Virus record (IMG/VR): IMGVR_UViG_3300030329_000605
Location: 1 to 43,861 of that record
Length of the DNA stretch: 43,861 nucleotides
DNA from: a virus
Lineage: Duplodnaviria; Caudoviricetes
Strand: one strand, 5' to 3'
Position 1 is the first letter of the stretch; the number at the start of each line of letters is the position of its first letter. A model generated the notes under the pieces. That model made no database searches. It was not told the DNA's origin and saw only the letters and a program-made list of their open reading frames with translations. Below are positions 10,388-17,699 of the stretch, piece after piece. The position numbers were made by a program, and so were the translations under genes.

Positions 10388-10756
10388 ATGCTACCAGTAG
10401 GAACACTTTTAAATATAGGTGGAAAACTTGTGGGCGGATATATGTCTCGTAGAAGAGCTATATCTGACCAAAAGCATAAAGTAGCTTTAGAAGAAATTAG
10501 AACAGGTAATGAAAGAGCTAAAAGAAATGGCTCATTATTTCTTGACTTAGTTCTCGGTGCTTTTATTTTAGCACCATTAGGTATTTTAGCGTATGGAACA
10601 TTTTGGGGAGACCCTGCGATGTTGGCAAAAACTAAAGATTATTTTGACTTACTAAAAGAGATACCTGAAGTATATTTATACTTAATCTTTATAGTAGTCG
10701 GGGGTAACTATGGAATTTCTGTCACGAATCTATTATCGGGTAAAAAGTTTAAGTAA
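10388..10756 (+). CDS. Putative holin
   Basis: RBS aaggag; 122 aa with two clear hydrophobic segments and a basic C-terminus; follows tail genes as T7 gp17.5 does. Confidence 0.6.
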   Translation: MLPVGTLLNIGGKLVGGYMSRRRAISDQKHKVALEEIRTGNERAKRNGSLFLDLVLGAFILAPLGILAYGTFWGDPAMLAKTKDYFDLLKEIPEVYLYLIFIVVGGNYGISVTNLLSGKKFK

Positions 10757-10799
10757 CTTTTGGAACGTATACTTAGGTAGCACTATAGCAATTATTTGT

Positions 10800-10979
10800 A
10801 TGGTTGCCTTTATACTTTTAACTGGTTGCCAAAATGTTTGTCCTGATAAGACAACAGTTACATATGGTGTAACTGAGACAGATTCTTTAGATAAAGATAA
10901 CGATAAACACCAAGAGAAAAAGACTATTAGTCAATCTTGGAAATGGGGGAAAAAACATTGTAAAGATGAAAGACATTAA
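10800..10979 (+). CDS. Putative lipoprotein (spanin-like candidate); start uncertain (10710 or 10800)
   Basis: Hydrophobic stretch followed by lipobox LTG-C, next to the holin. Confidence 0.45.
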   Translation: MVAFILLTGCQNVCPDKTTVTYGVTETDSLDKDNDKHQEKKTISQSWKWGKKHCKDERH

Positions 10980-11175
10980 TGAATTAAACTTAGAAGTTGA
11001 AAGAGTACGAGGCGATATTAACCTTATCAAACAATCTGTAGACACTATTAAAGATAATCATTTAGTACACTTAGAAAAAAAAGTGGCTGGAATTAATAGA
11101 GTTTTATGGACAGTTGGTATATTAATATTTACTCAATTAGTCATTACTATTAAGACTTTACTTATGACACAATAA
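10966..11175 (+). CDS. Hypothetical protein, coiled coil plus C-terminal TM helix
   Basis: IKDNHLVHLE motif then hydrophobic tail; coupled to neighbours. Confidence 0.6.
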   Translation: MKDINELNLEVERVRGDINLIKQSVDTIKDNHLVHLEKKVAGINRVLWTVGILIFTQLVITIKTLLMTQ

Positions 11176-11176
11176 T

Positions 11177-11575
11177 ATGAAAAAAGATAGAATAGATGTA
11201 TCAGATAAAACGGCAATTTCTATGCCGATGCGTAATTTAATAGGAATAATCTCAGCCGTAGCTGTTGGGGTGTACGCATTTTTTGGTATACAAGAGACTC
11301 TAAACAAACATAGTACAACTTTAGAGTTAATGGAAAAAGACTTAAATCAAAATACAGAATTTAGAATCAAATATCCTCGTGGAGAATTAGGTCAGTCAAG
11401 TGGGGAAGCGGAGCTTTTTATGCTCGTGGAACATATGAGTGGTTTAATTGAGGGTATGGAAGAAGAATTAAAAAATATGAGAAACAATAAAGTTAATATT
11501 GATTTCTTAAAAGAACAAGTTTCAAAACTACAAATAGATGTAGAAAAATTAATAAGAAAGAATGGAGCACATTAA
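11177..11575 (+). CDS. Hypothetical membrane protein
   Basis: N-terminal TM segment and coiled coil; tight gene packing. Confidence 0.65.
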   Translation: MKKDRIDVSDKTAISMPMRNLIGIISAVAVGVYAFFGIQETLNKHSTTLELMEKDLNQNTEFRIKYPRGELGQSSGEAELFMLVEHMSGLIEGMEEELKNMRNNKVNIDFLKEQVSKLQIDVEKLIRKNGAH

Positions 11576-11791
11576 ATGGTAGAGATAGTTTTTGCACTAT
11601 TATTAATCTCAGACCACAAGATTATTGAACATCGTATTCAAGATTCATTAAGTCAATGTTTAAAGGCTAAGCGTTATGCGATGAAGGATAAATCATCTAC
11701 TGATAGAGTTGTATATAAATGTATTAAGTCTAAAGCAAACGTAGAAGTTTATATGGGAGAGAAGAAGATTACTTCTTTAATATTAGAATAA
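11576..11791 (+). CDS. Hypothetical protein (signal-like N-terminus, two Cys)
   Basis: Starts immediately after the previous stop. Confidence 0.6.
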   Translation: MVEIVFALLLISDHKIIEHRIQDSLSQCLKAKRYAMKDKSSTDRVVYKCIKSKANVEVYMGEKKITSLILE

Positions 11792-11792
11792 T

Positions 11793-12113
11793 ATGAATGG
11801 AATGAAATTTAATGCCGCTTTAATTTTTGCAGTTATACTACAAGCTGTGGGATTAGTGTGGTATGTTAGTAAAATTGATAGTAAAGTTAATATACTTTAT
11901 GAAAAATATGCTGAAGATAGCAAAACTGAAGTAGTTGAAAATCAGGTTCGTATGAAACTTGATATAGAGAATTTATTAAAAGATGTTGAAGAAATTAAAA
12001 AAGAATTAAAGAAATCTCTTAAAAAAGACAAAAAAATTATGAAGCAACACGAAGATATATTTAAGTTGCTTAAAAAGAAGAAGAAAGTAGATAGTGGATA
12101 TAGTTATGAGTAA
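11793..12113 (+). CDS. Hypothetical membrane-anchored coiled-coil protein
   Basis: N-terminal TM segment, Lys-rich coiled coil. Confidence 0.6.
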   Translation: MNGMKFNAALIFAVILQAVGLVWYVSKIDSKVNILYEKYAEDSKTEVVENQVRMKLDIENLLKDVEEIKKELKKSLKKDKKIMKQHEDIFKLLKKKKKVDSGYSYE

Positions 12114-12387
12114 GATTTTACTCGTAATTACTTTCTGCTCTAATTTAGGTTGTCTACCCCCAATGACGAATGAAAAATGGGTGTTTACAAATGAAAATGA
12201 TTGTTATAAAAAAGGATATTACGCTATTGCAGAAATTGCTGAAACTTATATGGACACTGTAGGTGTTCAAGAGTTTAAAGCGATGCAAGTTAGAATGTTT
12301 TATAGCTGTGTATCAAAAGACCAATGGGATAAAGAAATGAAACCAGTAGAGGAAGGAAAGCCGTCAGCATTTGAACAAGATGCTTAA
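12106..12387 (+). CDS. Hypothetical secreted Cys-containing protein
   Basis: MSKILLVITFCSNLGC; overlaps the previous stop by 8 nt. Confidence 0.55.
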   Translation: MSKILLVITFCSNLGCLPPMTNEKWVFTNENDCYKKGYYAIAEIAETYMDTVGVQEFKAMQVRMFYSCVSKDQWDKEMKPVEEGKPSAFEQDA

Positions 12388-12390
12388 TAT

Positions 12391-12633
12391 ATGCCAAAAT
12401 TAAAACCTTTAATTTACGCATTTTTCTTTTTTTACTTTGTAGGTTATTGTACCTTAAACAAGATAACAAACTTTACAGAGGAGTCTTCTTATGATTATGA
12501 CCATAATAAGATTTATACACCGAATTACAACAAGAATAAATATGTGGGCTTACAAAAAAGAAGTGTATCACAGATACTACAAACACCGAGAAAAGAAATA
12601 AATGGCGAAAGCACCAAAGTGGGGAGTAAATAA
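12391..12633 (+). CDS. Hypothetical protein with N-terminal TM segment (overlaps two alternative small ORFs)
   Basis: ORF track; hydrophobic LIYAFFFFYFVGYC. Confidence 0.4.
   Translation: MPKLKPLIYAFFFFYFVGYCTLNKITNFTEESSYDYDHNKIYTPNYNKNKYVGLQKRSVSQILQTPRKEINGESTKVGSK
12491..12601 (+). CDS. Small hypothetical protein (36 aa, MIMTIIRFIHR...YKHREKK)
   Basis: Read manually; strong RBS gaggag at 12478-12483; stop abuts the next ATG. Confidence 0.45.
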   Translation: MIMTIIRFIHRITTRINMWAYKKEVYHRYYKHREKK

Positions 12634-12730
12634 TTATGTTAGAGACAAGCCCAAAAAAAGAAAAGGAAGACACGCAAAGTCTCCAAACAAAAGCGTCACA
12701 AGAAAAAAATACAGAGGGCAAGGACGTTAA
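12602..12730 (+). CDS. Small basic protein ending KKYRGQGR (42 aa)
   Basis: Read manually; MAKAPKW..KKRKGRHAKS..RKKYRGQGR resembles a recurrent small basic marine phage protein. Confidence 0.6.
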   Translation: MAKAPKWGVNNYVRDKPKKRKGRHAKSPNKSVTRKKYRGQGR

Positions 12731-12923
12731 AATAGAAAAAATTATAGAAGAATTACCTGAATTATTAGTTAAACACGCATACCAAAAATTAAAATCAGGA
12801 GAAGAGCTAACTGCTTCAGAAATGAAAGTATGTTTAGAAGTTTGTAAAACTTATAGCTCTGAAAAATTAGGTGCAAAACCTGATAACATTCTTGAGAAAG
12901 TACCTTTTGACACAAATGGATAA
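12636..12923 (+). CDS. terS: Terminase small subunit (T7 gp18-like)
   Basis: Directly upstream of and overlapping terL; L..KLKSGE.LTASEMKV..L.KVPF pattern. Confidence 0.65.
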   Translation: MLETSPKKEKEDTQSLQTKASQEKNTEGKDVKIEKIIEELPELLVKHAYQKLKSGEELTASEMKVCLEVCKTYSSEKLGAKPDNILEKVPFDTNG

Positions 12924-14556
12924 TCGCTTAAAAAATTTTAAGAATTTTTTGTATTTATGTTGGAAGTTTCTTAACCTACCTAACCCAACTCCCATACAAT
13001 ATGATATTGCAGACTATCTACAGTCAAAAGAGCGTAGATTAGTTATAGAAGCCTTCAGAGGCGTTGGTAAATCTTGGATTACGTCAGCATTTGTCTGTCA
13101 TCAACTTTTACTAAATCCTCAAAGGAATATATTGGTAGTTTCAGCTTCTAAAAACAGAGCTGATGACTTTAGTACCTTTACTCAAAGACTAATCAATGAA
13201 ATGCCAATATTACAACATCTAATTCCTAGAGATGACCAAAGACATTCTAAGATTAGTTTTGATGTAGCTCCTGCTATAGCATCTCACGCACCTAGTGTGA
13301 AATCTATGGGTATTACAGGGCAACTTACAGGTTCTCGTGCAGATTTAATTATTGCCGATGACGTAGAATCAGCAAATAACTCACAGACACAATTAATGAG
13401 AGACAGATTAAGTGAAACTGTGAAAGAATTTGATGCGATTATTAAACCCGATGTGGGTCGTATCATATTCTTAGGAACACCTCAAACTGAAATGAGTTTA
13501 TATAACACATTAGAGGAAAGAGGTTATAAGACAAAAATATGGACAGCGTTATATCCAACTAAAGAACAAACTATCGGTTATGGTAATAAGTTATCTTCTA
13601 TTATTTCTAATATTACAGATAAAGAAGGTGAACCTACTGACCCTGAAAGATTTGATGGTATAGATTTGTTAGAGCGTTTGTCTTCATATGGACGTTCAGG
13701 ATTTAACTTACAGTTTATGTTAGACACTACAATGTCTGACGCTAATAGATACCCTTTAAAGCTCAACGATTTGATTGTAGCTTCAGGTTGTACTACTTGG
13801 AATAAAGCTCCTGCTCAAATTCAGTGGGCTTCAGGTACACAACAGATTAAAGGGATAGACCCTGATATACCTAATGTAGGATTAAAGGGTGATTATTACG
13901 TTGCTCCTTTACACATATCTGACGAATACGCAGATTTTGAAGGGGTAGCTATGTCTATAGACCCTGCGGGTCGTGGGGAAGACAAAACAGCGTATGCGGT
14001 GCTTAAAATGCTTCACGGAGTGCTTTATTTGACCGACATAGGAGCTTTAGATGGTGGTTACTCAGATGCTACCTTAGAAGAGCTTTCAGCTATAGCTAAA
14101 CGTAACAAAGTGAATAACGTGGTTATTGAATCTAACTTTGGTGATGGTATGGCTACAGCGTTATTAAAGCCTGTTATGGCTAGAATACACCCTTGCCAAA
14201 TTGAAGAGGTAAGGCATAATATACAAAAAGAGAAAAGAATTATAGATACCTTAGAGCCTATTATGAATACTCATAGGCTAGTGGTAGACGAGAATACGAT
14301 TAAAGAAGATTTCAAGTTAGAACCTAATCATCAACTGTTTAGGCAAATGACTAGAATAACTAGAGATAAAGGTGCGTTAAGACACGATGACCAAATTGAC
14401 GCATTAGCTATTGCGGCTAATTACTGGGTTGAGAGAATGGACAGAGACCAAACTTTATCTTATCAACAACATAAAGACGAACTAATCAACAAAGACTTAG
14501 AAAGGTTTATGGAGCACACAGTTGGTAGACAACCTAGACGGGATAGGTTCATTTAA
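12916..14556 (+). CDS. terL: Terminase large subunit (T7 gp19-like)
   Basis: Walker A AFRGVGKS, GSRADLIIADDVE, DPAGRGEDKT, ESNFGDG, HDDQIDALA. Confidence 0.97.
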   Translation: MDNRLKNFKNFLYLCWKFLNLPNPTPIQYDIADYLQSKERRLVIEAFRGVGKSWITSAFVCHQLLLNPQRNILVVSASKNRADDFSTFTQRLINEMPILQHLIPRDDQRHSKISFDVAPAIASHAPSVKSMGITGQLTGSRADLIIADDVESANNSQTQLMRDRLSETVKEFDAIIKPDVGRIIFLGTPQTEMSLYNTLEERGYKTKIWTALYPTKEQTIGYGNKLSSIISNITDKEGEPTDPERFDGIDLLERLSSYGRSGFNLQFMLDTTMSDANRYPLKLNDLIVASGCTTWNKAPAQIQWASGTQQIKGIDPDIPNVGLKGDYYVAPLHISDEYADFEGVAMSIDPAGRGEDKTAYAVLKMLHGVLYLTDIGALDGGYSDATLEELSAIAKRNKVNNVVIESNFGDGMATALLKPVMARIHPCQIEEVRHNIQKEKRIIDTLEPIMNTHRLVVDENTIKEDFKLEPNHQLFRQMTRITRDKGALRHDDQIDALAIAANYWVERMDRDQTLSYQQHKDELINKDLERFMEHTVGRQPRRDRFI

Positions 14557-14572
14557 GTACCCGTATTAGGGA
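14553..14572 (+). promoter_or_regulatory. Putative phage RNAP promoter TTAAGTACCCGTATTAGGGA
   Basis: Motif copy overlapping the terL stop. Confidence 0.7.
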
Positions 14573-14636
14573 AGACAAAGGTTAAAGCTATTACTATAGC
14601 TGTTTACTTACTCACTCTTCTTATGAATATAGAATT

Positions 14637-14774
14637 ATGGAGAAATGTGAAAATTGTGGACACGAGTGCCACTGCGACAAAACGACTCATCAAGATGATT
14701 GCTGTGGGTCTTGTAACTGCGATACTTCTAGGGACAACGATAGGACATACGAAAGAGAAACAAATAATGGATAA
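14637..14774 (+). CDS. Small Cys/His-rich metallothionein-like peptide (45 aa)
   Basis: MEKCENCGHECHCDKTTHQDDCCGSCNCDTSRDNDRTYERETNNG*; 8 Cys and 3 His; ATGGATAA overlap with the next gene. Confidence 0.6.
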   Translation: MEKCENCGHECHCDKTTHQDDCCGSCNCDTSRDNDRTYERETNNG

Positions 14775-15348
14775 AGTAAATTGGAATTTTATAAGTGAAT
14801 TAGAAGGTAAGGCTGTAGATACAGCATATGTACCTTTTGAATATGGTGAAAGAACACGACATAAAGTAAAACAAATATTTGATGATAATTCAGGAGTAAC
14901 TATAGGTACTGGTGTGGATTTAAAAACAAAGAACGCTGAGTTCTTAGAGACTCTTGGAGTCCCTTTAGATATAATAGAGGTATTAGAACCTTATTTTGGT
15001 CTTAGAGGTGAGGAAGCGGGTAAGTTTTTAAAAGACAACCCATTGGTGTTATCACCCGTAGATGTTAAAATACTAGATGAGGCTATTCAGAAGTATCACG
15101 CTAATAAAATTAAAAGTGATTATGAGAAGGATAGCGGTAAGTCTTGGAGTGACTTAACATCAAATCAACAAACAGTTATTACCTCTGTAGGTTTTCAATA
15201 TGGAAATATGAAGCATAAGACTCCTAATTTTTGGAATGGAGTTATAAGTAATGATTGGAAAGCAGTCACTAATGAGTTATTAGACTTTGGTGATAACTAT
15301 TCTACAAGAAGAAAGAAAGAAGCAAAGCTGTTAAACAGTAAATTTTAG
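14767..15348 (+). CDS. Pesticin C-terminal-like muramidase (putative endolysin); frame is open from 14623
   Basis: VNWNFISELEG..AYVP..NSGVTIGTGVDL..QQTVITSVGFQYG..TPNFW..RRKKEA motifs of the T4-lysozyme-like pesticin domain. Confidence 0.8.
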   Translation: MDKVNWNFISELEGKAVDTAYVPFEYGERTRHKVKQIFDDNSGVTIGTGVDLKTKNAEFLETLGVPLDIIEVLEPYFGLRGEEAGKFLKDNPLVLSPVDVKILDEAIQKYHANKIKSDYEKDSGKSWSDLTSNQQTVITSVGFQYGNMKHKTPNFWNGVISNDWKAVTNELLDFGDNYSTRRKKEAKLLNSKF

Positions 15349-15412
15349 CAGAAAAATGTGAATGGATATCCACTGTAGCGGCGGCTCAGGTTTCCCCGTT
15401 GGCATATCACAG

Positions 15413-15449
15413 GAGCGGGAGCGTTGGGCGTCCCCTCAGCTCTTTTTTT
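15413..15449 (+). terminator. Rho-independent terminator-like hairpin after the late genes
   Basis: gagc-ggga...tccc-ctca-gctc followed by T7 tract. Confidence 0.55.
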
Positions 15450-15805
15450 GGGTCGGCTTCGGCTCTATATAGGGGTCGCTTTGGTTTTTTGTGGCGTGTG
15501 TGTGCTCTCGTCTGTTTTTTTCGGTAGGGTATTCAATTCAATTATACTTTTTATTTCTCTTATATATTCTCTTTTGTTTTTGTCTTCTCATTCTCTTTAA
15601 TATCCAAAGCAACACATCAAGACAAACAAACAAGACAACATTACTTTATTAATGCTGAAGCAATCAAAGTAAATGCAATTAATATAATCCAAAATAAAAT
15701 ATATAATATCTTCTCTTTAATTCTTTTCATTCCTTTTTAATTCCTCTTTTATTTAATTAGTTAATAAGTAAGTAAGTATCTATAATAGCTGTATTTAGCT
15801 TTTAA

Positions 15806-15825
15806 TATCTATAATGGGTACTTTA
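15806..15825 (-). promoter_or_regulatory. Leftward putative phage RNAP promoter TAAAGTACCCATTATAGATA
   Basis: Reverse complement of tatctataatgggtacttta matches the five + strand copies. Confidence 0.7.
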
Positions 15826-15871
15826 ATACCTGCGACAATTTGTCATAAATTAAATTAAAATAATTTATATA

Positions 15872-15900
15872 TTGCCTTATTCTAGACATATTTGTATAAT
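15872..15900 (+). promoter_or_regulatory. Host sigma70-type early promoter
   Basis: TTGCCT (15872-15877), 17-nt spacer, TATAAT (15895-15900); AT-rich UP-like tract upstream; precedes the early genes. Confidence 0.75.
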
Positions 15901-15917
15901 AGTTTGTAATTATGTTC

Positions 15918-16102
15918 AGTAATTTAGATGAATAAATTATTTGTGTAGTTCATCAAGGTTCAAGTAGTCTAAATTGCTTCTCTCAGGCTCAGCAGATATA
16001 GAGCCCTACCGCCAAAAGTGATTTTGGCTACAATAAGAGGGACACCTCAACAGCGAAGCAATAGGGTTTCGGGAGCAGGTTTAGAGCTGTAGCCAGTCAG
16101 CC
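15918..16102 (+). ncRNA. Structured early leader RNA (unknown family)
   Basis: Several stems, including gccaaaa-GTGA-ttttggc, gagg-gaca-cctc, gagcccta/tagggttt and tggctaca/tgtagcca, in an ORF-free leader. Confidence 0.4.
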
Positions 16103-16175
16103 AATAAAGTAAGTTTGTTTGTATCTAGTAATTTACTAGAATTTATATAAATCAATTAATAATAGGAGTTGATAT

Positions 16176-16427
16176 ATGTTTGTATCTGATATGGTAGGCT
16201 CAAAAAATGTAAAAGTTGAGCACAACCAACAAGAGACAATATTTCAGGAAAAAGACGGCGACACTAACTATTCAATAGTTAAGGGCGTTTTTTATATTCC
16301 TGATTTAAAAGCTAAAATGAGAGCTTTTAGAGTTATGAAGCACACTAATTATTCTAAGCCGATTGTAGAATATTGCTTTGAAAAAGTTAAGGCTGAAATA
16401 GTTTTAAAAGACTTAATGAAAGCATAA
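16176..16427 (+). CDS. Early hypothetical protein
   Basis: RBS aggag; first ORF after the early promoter. Confidence 0.7.
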   Translation: MFVSDMVGSKNVKVEHNQQETIFQEKDGDTNYSIVKGVFYIPDLKAKMRAFRVMKHTNYSKPIVEYCFEKVKAEIVLKDLMKA

Positions 16428-16475
16428 ATTTTAAAAATTACGGGCTTAGGCGGTCTAGTATCGCCTGAGCTCACA

Positions 16476-16531
16476 GCTAGACTGACGAGGCTTAAAGAGC
16501 CGAAACAATTAAACTATTTATTGTCTCTAGC
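16476..16531 (+). ncRNA. Hammerhead ribozyme, type I
   Basis: Stem I GCTAGA/TCTAGC, core CTGACGA, stem II GGCT/AGCC, GAAA, stem III (A)CAAT/ATTG(T), GTC cleavage triplet at 16523-16525. Confidence 0.92.
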
Positions 16532-16576
16532 AATTATGTTAGAAAAAACAAACAAACAAAAAAAGGAGTAAACACT

Positions 16577-16954
16577 ATGCGAAGCTATCCGATATGGGTT
16601 GATACCTACAATAATAGTTATAAATCTTCTATGGCTAAGTCTCAGGGTATTAGAGACTATGCAAAAAATCAGGTTTATATAGGAACATCAGCCTCTAATA
16701 GTTATCCATTTTTAACAAATGAGTTGGAAGTTCAAGATAATGGAAATAAAAGGACTTTTAACTTTTATGTTGATAATGAGTTGATGAAATCAGCTACTTA
16801 CAACAAAAGTAAAAAAGTATTTGAAAACGCTGAGGGACTTTTAGAGCCTCAGTTAAAAGCCAAATACTTTGAAAAGTGGAAAGCTGAAGAAGAAGCAAAA
16901 GAGCAGGAGTTCAGAAATAAAAGATATGCTGAAAGGTTGGCTGTCAATGGATAA
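16577..16954 (+). CDS. Early hypothetical protein
   Basis: RBS aaggag after an (aaac)n tract; 125 aa. Confidence 0.72.
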   Translation: MRSYPIWVDTYNNSYKSSMAKSQGIRDYAKNQVYIGTSASNSYPFLTNELEVQDNGNKRTFNFYVDNELMKSATYNKSKKVFENAEGLLEPQLKAKYFEKWKAEEEAKEQEFRNKRYAERLAVNG

Positions 16955-17051
16955 TAAAACACTTGAACGAATTGCAAAAGCTCTTGAGCGTCTTATTAAA
17001 TTAGTTGAAGATGATATAAAAGGCGTTCATAGAAAAAAATCAAAAATATAA
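16947..17051 (+). CDS. Small early hypothetical protein (MDNKTLERIAKALERL...)
   Basis: ATGGATAA overlap with the previous gene; LERIA.ALE amphipathic helix. Confidence 0.55.
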   Translation: MDNKTLERIAKALERLIKLVEDDIKGVHRKKSKI

Positions 17052-17056
17052 GACCT

Positions 17057-17082
17057 AAAGCGGTTTAGAAATAGACCGCTTT
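17057..17082 (+). other. Intergenic GAAA-tetraloop hairpin (processing or stability element)
   Basis: aaagcggttta-GAAA-tagaccgcttt. Confidence 0.6.
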
Positions 17083-17131
17083 GAGACTTATATAAATAAG
17101 TCAAACAAGCAAACAATTTAACTAATAGGAG

Positions 17132-17491
17132 TTGAAAAACAAATACGAGTTAAATATAATACCTGAGACAAACAAGTATTATCCTGATTATACAAAAGAA
17201 GACTTTGTATATATTGATAGGATATACGGCGGACTAAACGGCGTTAGTAGGTTAATACAAAAGGACGGCTCAACTTATAAAGGTTATTTAAAAACTTTTA
17301 AAATAGGAGTATCAACTTTTAGTTTAACTGAAGACGGGAGATGGTTCAATGGTTCAGGTATGCCTTGCCAATGTCCAAACGGCGTTAATGAAAAGGACAA
17401 GCTGAGCTCATTGAAAGCTGAGCTGAGCCGAGTTAATGCTGAAAAGAAGTGGCAAGACTACAAGAAAAAAGTCTTCAAGAATAGGCGTTAA
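17132..17491 (+). CDS. Early hypothetical protein (start uncertain, TTG)
   Basis: 119-aa ORF; aggag lies immediately upstream. Confidence 0.6.
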   Translation: MKNKYELNIIPETNKYYPDYTKEDFVYIDRIYGGLNGVSRLIQKDGSTYKGYLKTFKIGVSTFSLTEDGRWFNGSGMPCQCPNGVNEKDKLSSLKAELSRVNAEKKWQDYKKKVFKNRR

Positions 17492-17499
17492 AACCTATC

Positions 17500-17528
17500 G
17501 GAGCTAGGCGGGGAAACTCGCCTACTCC
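17500..17528 (+). other. Intergenic GAAA-tetraloop hairpin
   Basis: ggag-c-taggcggg-GAAA-ctcgccta-ctcc. Confidence 0.6.
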
Positions 17529-17569
17529 AAAACAACAAACCAAAAACTAATACAACATAAAGGAGTAAT

Positions 17570-17656
17570 ATGTCTTGGTTAGTATATAAAGGAAAAGTGG
17601 TTGCAACCTATACTTTTATCTATGCACAAAAGCTATGGGGTTTGTTGCCATTTTAA
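17570..17656 (+). CDS. Small early hydrophobic peptide (28 aa, MSWLVYKGKVVATYTFIYAQKLWGLLPF)
   Basis: Read manually; RBS taaggag; flanked by hairpins. Confidence 0.55.
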   Translation: MSWLVYKGKVVATYTFIYAQKLWGLLPF

Positions 17657-17664
17657 GTAAACCT

Positions 17665-17699
17665 GAAATGGAGCTGAGCTTAGAGCTTGGCTCTATTTC
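17665..17699 (+). other. Intergenic long hairpin (RNase III-like or stability element)
   Basis: gaaatggagctgagc-ttaga-gcttggctctatttc. Confidence 0.6.
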
